From assembly GCF_006345805.1 (NCBI RefSeq), contig NW_021828559.1, forward strand, positions 1-8,050: a DNA stretch of 8,050 nucleotides, written 5' to 3'. A program made the translations under genes and the position numbers. Every line of letters starts with the position of its first letter. Position 1 is the stretch's first letter. The notes under the pieces are model-generated. The model was given only the letters and a program-made list of their open reading frames with translations. It was not told the origin of the DNA and made no database searches. This document shows, piece after piece, positions 5,748 through 8,050 of this stretch. Origin of the DNA: Octopus sinensis (taxonomy: Eukaryota).

Positions 5748-6374
5748 GAATAATAATGTTTCTACGGATCTTTTCGGTTTGAACGGTAGTTTTTATAGCG
5801 GTGTCATATGAAATTGTCACCCATAATTATGACCCTAGTATCGATTTATTGCATTTCAATCTGTTTTAGGATTAGGTTAGGATGGGGTGAAGGGTATCTT
5901 TTTTCTTCACAAATGTAATAAATAAACCCAATCTGTTTCTTAACGAGGGACATATTCATACGGCACACAGAATGCTTTTTTAACTCATATACGTCATTGA
6001 TTGGTTGAAATTGCAGAAATTGAAGAAAAAAACAAACAAATATCTTACAAACTATAGAATTTTCTCATAAAGCCAAGAGAAAAAAGATGTTTTATAAACA
6101 CATTCTACCAGTATATACGAAGTTTAAAATTTTTAAAGTTACCTAGAAATTATGTTAAAAACTGCCGTTCAAACCGAAAAGATCCGTTTGTACAATACTT
6201 ACAAAGCCTAAAACTTTGTGGGAGGGGCCCAATTGATTACATTGACCCTTGTGCTTAACTAGTACCTATTTTATCAACAGCTTTAGGATGAAAAGCAAAA
6301 ATCGATCTCGACGACATTTTGAACTCAACGCAAAGCCGAAATGCCGCTAAACGATTCTCGCCAGCTCGCCAGCC
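5748..6374 (-). mobile_element. Family-2 SINE, copy 4 (degenerate), tail split by MITE B; SINE parts are about 5748-5765 and 6194-6374
   Basis: 6200-6374 aligns with copies 1 and 2. Removing MITE B and one TSD restores TAAT-GTTTCTAC-AATACTTACAAAGCCT, which aligns with copy 2 TAATCTTTTCTAC-TATAGGCACAAGGCTT. Confidence 0.78.
5766..6185. mobile_element. MITE B: complete 420-bp non-autonomous DNA transposon with 30-bp TIRs and an 8-bp TSD (Merlin-like; hAT or MULE not excluded)
   Basis: TIR GGATCTTTTCGGTTTGAACGG(T/C)AGTTTTTA at 5766-5795 and 6156-6185 (29/30 identical). Flanking direct repeats GTTTCTAC (5758-5765) and GTTTGTAC (6186-6193) match at 7/8. No ORF. The superfamily is inferred from the GG...CC termini plus the 8-bp TSD. 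Confidence 0.9.
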
Positions 6375-6830
6375 ATCTTGTCCTTCATGTTTCATAGAGC
6401 AAACATCTTTAGATATTTTTTTTCCGCAGTCGTTCTTTATAAGTTAGCACTCACTCCACTCAAGAGTTCATTCACTATAATCCTATATAATTCTCTTGTC
6501 AGTCTAAGATCTGACATTAAAAGTCAGAAGATATTCCGTTGATGAGATGGAAAGAGATTTCAATAAATCTTGGAGTCGTCTCGCTCTGCTTTCAAAGCTG
6601 TGACTTTCAACTCCCTTTCATTGCATTTTATATTTAATTAATTTTAATGAATTCAAATTCCAGAGATTCTCTCGCCTCCCCTATCTCGCTCTCACTCTCT
6701 CATTTTTTTTTTATTTATATTTCCGACTAGAATGAATCTTTATATTTGTTCTCTTCGATAACGTGTGATTTTCATTGATTAAAATCCCCACACATACACA
6801 CAGAATACATATGTGTGTATAAAGTGTATG

Positions 6831-6845
6831 TATATATATATATAG

Positions 6846-6928
<83 letters not shown>

Positions 6929-6950
6929 ATATCTATATATATTATATATA
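6831..6950. repeat. Long interrupted (TA)n array
   Basis: About 120 bp of TA dinucleotides directly upstream of the 6954 SINE. Confidence 0.95.
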
Positions 6951-6953
6951 ATA

Positions 6954-7343
6954 GGCGCAGAGTGGCTGTGTGGTAAGTAGCTTGCTAACCAACCACATAG
7001 TTCCGGGTTCGGTCCCACTGCGCGGTATCTTGGGCAAGTGTCTTCTGCTATAGCCCCGGGCCGACCAATGCCTTGTGAGTGGATTTGGTGGACGGAAACT
7101 GAAAGAAGCCCGTCGTATATATGTAGATAGTATGTGTGTCTGTGTTTGTCCCCCTAGCATTGCTTGACAACCGATGCTGGTGTGTTTACGTCCCCGTCAC
7201 TTAGCGGTTCGGCAAAAGAGACCGATAGAATAAGTACTGGGCTTACAAAGAATAAGTCCCGGGATCGAGTTGCTCGACTAAAGGCGGTGCTCCAGCATGG
7301 CCGCAGTCAAATGACTGAAACAAGTAAAAGAGTAAAAAGAGTA
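6954..7343 (+). mobile_element. Family-1 SINE, full length, the most intact copy in the window
   Basis: Runs from GGCGCAGAGTGGCTGTGTGG to CAGTCAAATGACTGAAACAAGTAAAAGAGTAAAAAGAGTA. A and B boxes, CORE-like segment and internal microsatellite are all present. Confidence 0.95.
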
Positions 7344-7430
7344 TACATACACACTCGCAATTTATAAAATTTCATTCTCTTTTATCTCACAAACTTTTGA
7401 CAAACGGTCACGTGAAACTCAAACTGTATA

Positions 7431-7482
7431 TTCTTTTACACGTTTCAGTCATTTGGCTACGGTCATACTGGAGCAGCGCCTT
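7431..7482 (-). mobile_element. Family-1 SINE 3'-tail fragment (~50 bp)
   Basis: GTTTCAGTCATTTGGCTACGGTCATACTGGAGCAGCGCCTT matches the reverse complement of 7281-7322. Confidence 0.8.
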
Positions 7483-7582
7483 AAGGCCTGTGAATATTTT
7501 CCAGCTTTAATAAAATATTATTTTAGGCCCTAACTTTTGATATGCGTGTGCTAATTTTTCCAAATTTTTTGCAGCTGTATGC

Positions 7583-7797
7583 TTACTTTGTTTCAGTCAT
7601 TTGACTGTTGCCATGCTGCAGCAAACCCTTTAGTCTAAAGAAATCGATTCCAGGACTTATTCTTTGTAAGCCTAGTTCTTATTCTGTCGGTCTCTTTTGC
7701 CGAACCGCTTAGTTATGGGAACGTAAACATACCAACATCGGTTGTCAAGCGATGGTGGTGGTGCCAAACACAGACGCATACATATATATATATATAT
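7583..7797 (-). mobile_element. Family-1 SINE 3' half, ending at its internal (TA)n
   Basis: Colinear with the reverse complement of about 7115-7325 and more diverged. Stops in the TA tract at 7797. Confidence 0.88.
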
Positions 7798-8050
7798 TCT
7801 TTTATTCTTTCCTTTGTTTGTCATTTGACTGTGGTCATGCTGGAGCACAGCCTTTAGTCGAGCAAATCGACCCCAGGACTTATTCTATCGATACTCTTGC
7901 TGAACCGCTAAGTGACGGGGACGTAAACACACCAGCATCGATTGTCAAGAGATGTTGGGGAGACAAACACAAACACACAAACATATACATACATACATTA
8001 TATATATACGGGCTTCTTTCAGTTTCCGTCTACCAAATCCACTCACAAGG
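7798..8050 (-). mobile_element. Family-1 SINE running off the window edge, with a 22-bp internal deletion
   Basis: Tail, 3' body, internal microsatellite and part of the 5' body (GGCTTCTTTCAGTTTCCGTCTACCAAATCCACTCACAAGG) are all present. Confidence 0.9.

Noticed and set aside
6430-6660. Exon candidates and small alternative hairpins in the unique stretch (acceptor at 6429, minus-strand donor at 6454, TGTCAG/CTGACA/GTCAGA)
   Set aside because: All frames close early, and 6-bp stems are expected by chance.
1946-7367. Remaining 60-123 aa ORFs, including recurring peptides such as SGTEPGxMWLVSKLLTTQPL and RRASFSFRxPNPLTR
   Set aside because: They recur because they are translations of family-1, -2 and -3 SINE copies and microsatellites. 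They are not a protein family.
1973-8050. Repeated ~30-40 bp identical segments suggesting a CRISPR-like or regular repeat-spacer array
   Set aside because: Spacing is irregular, orientations are mixed, the segments are parts of longer SINE alignments, and the context is eukaryotic with no cas genes.

Overview
AT-rich eukaryotic non-coding DNA, most likely from an octopus or other coleoid cephalopod. I infer this from recognising the tRNA-derived SINE sequences and it is not database-confirmed. There is no intact protein-coding gene, rRNA, true tRNA or CRISPR array. Most of the window is 13 copies or fragments of tRNA-headed SINEs: family 1 (CORE-like body with an internal microsatellite), family 2 (Meta/MESC-like body) and family 3 (two variants sharing a head, one with a V-domain-like module). 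There are also two related non-autonomous DNA transposons (MITEs with GGATC termini, one with 30-bp TIRs and an 8-bp TSD) and many CT/CA/TA microsatellites. The one non-repeat signal is a decayed minus-strand frame at 369-1041 with a signal-peptide-like start and ~22-aa-periodic LRR motifs broken by stops, a probable LRR pseudogene that the ORF track shows only in pieces. I see no convincing new biological system. The best leads are the LRR relic, the Merlin-like MITEs carrying telomere-like repeats and a conserved CCAAT+CRE block, closely spaced inverted SINE pairs (candidate ADAR substrates) and SINE module shuffling. Identities and probabilities below are by-eye or back-of-envelope estimates, and element boundaries are accurate to a few bases.
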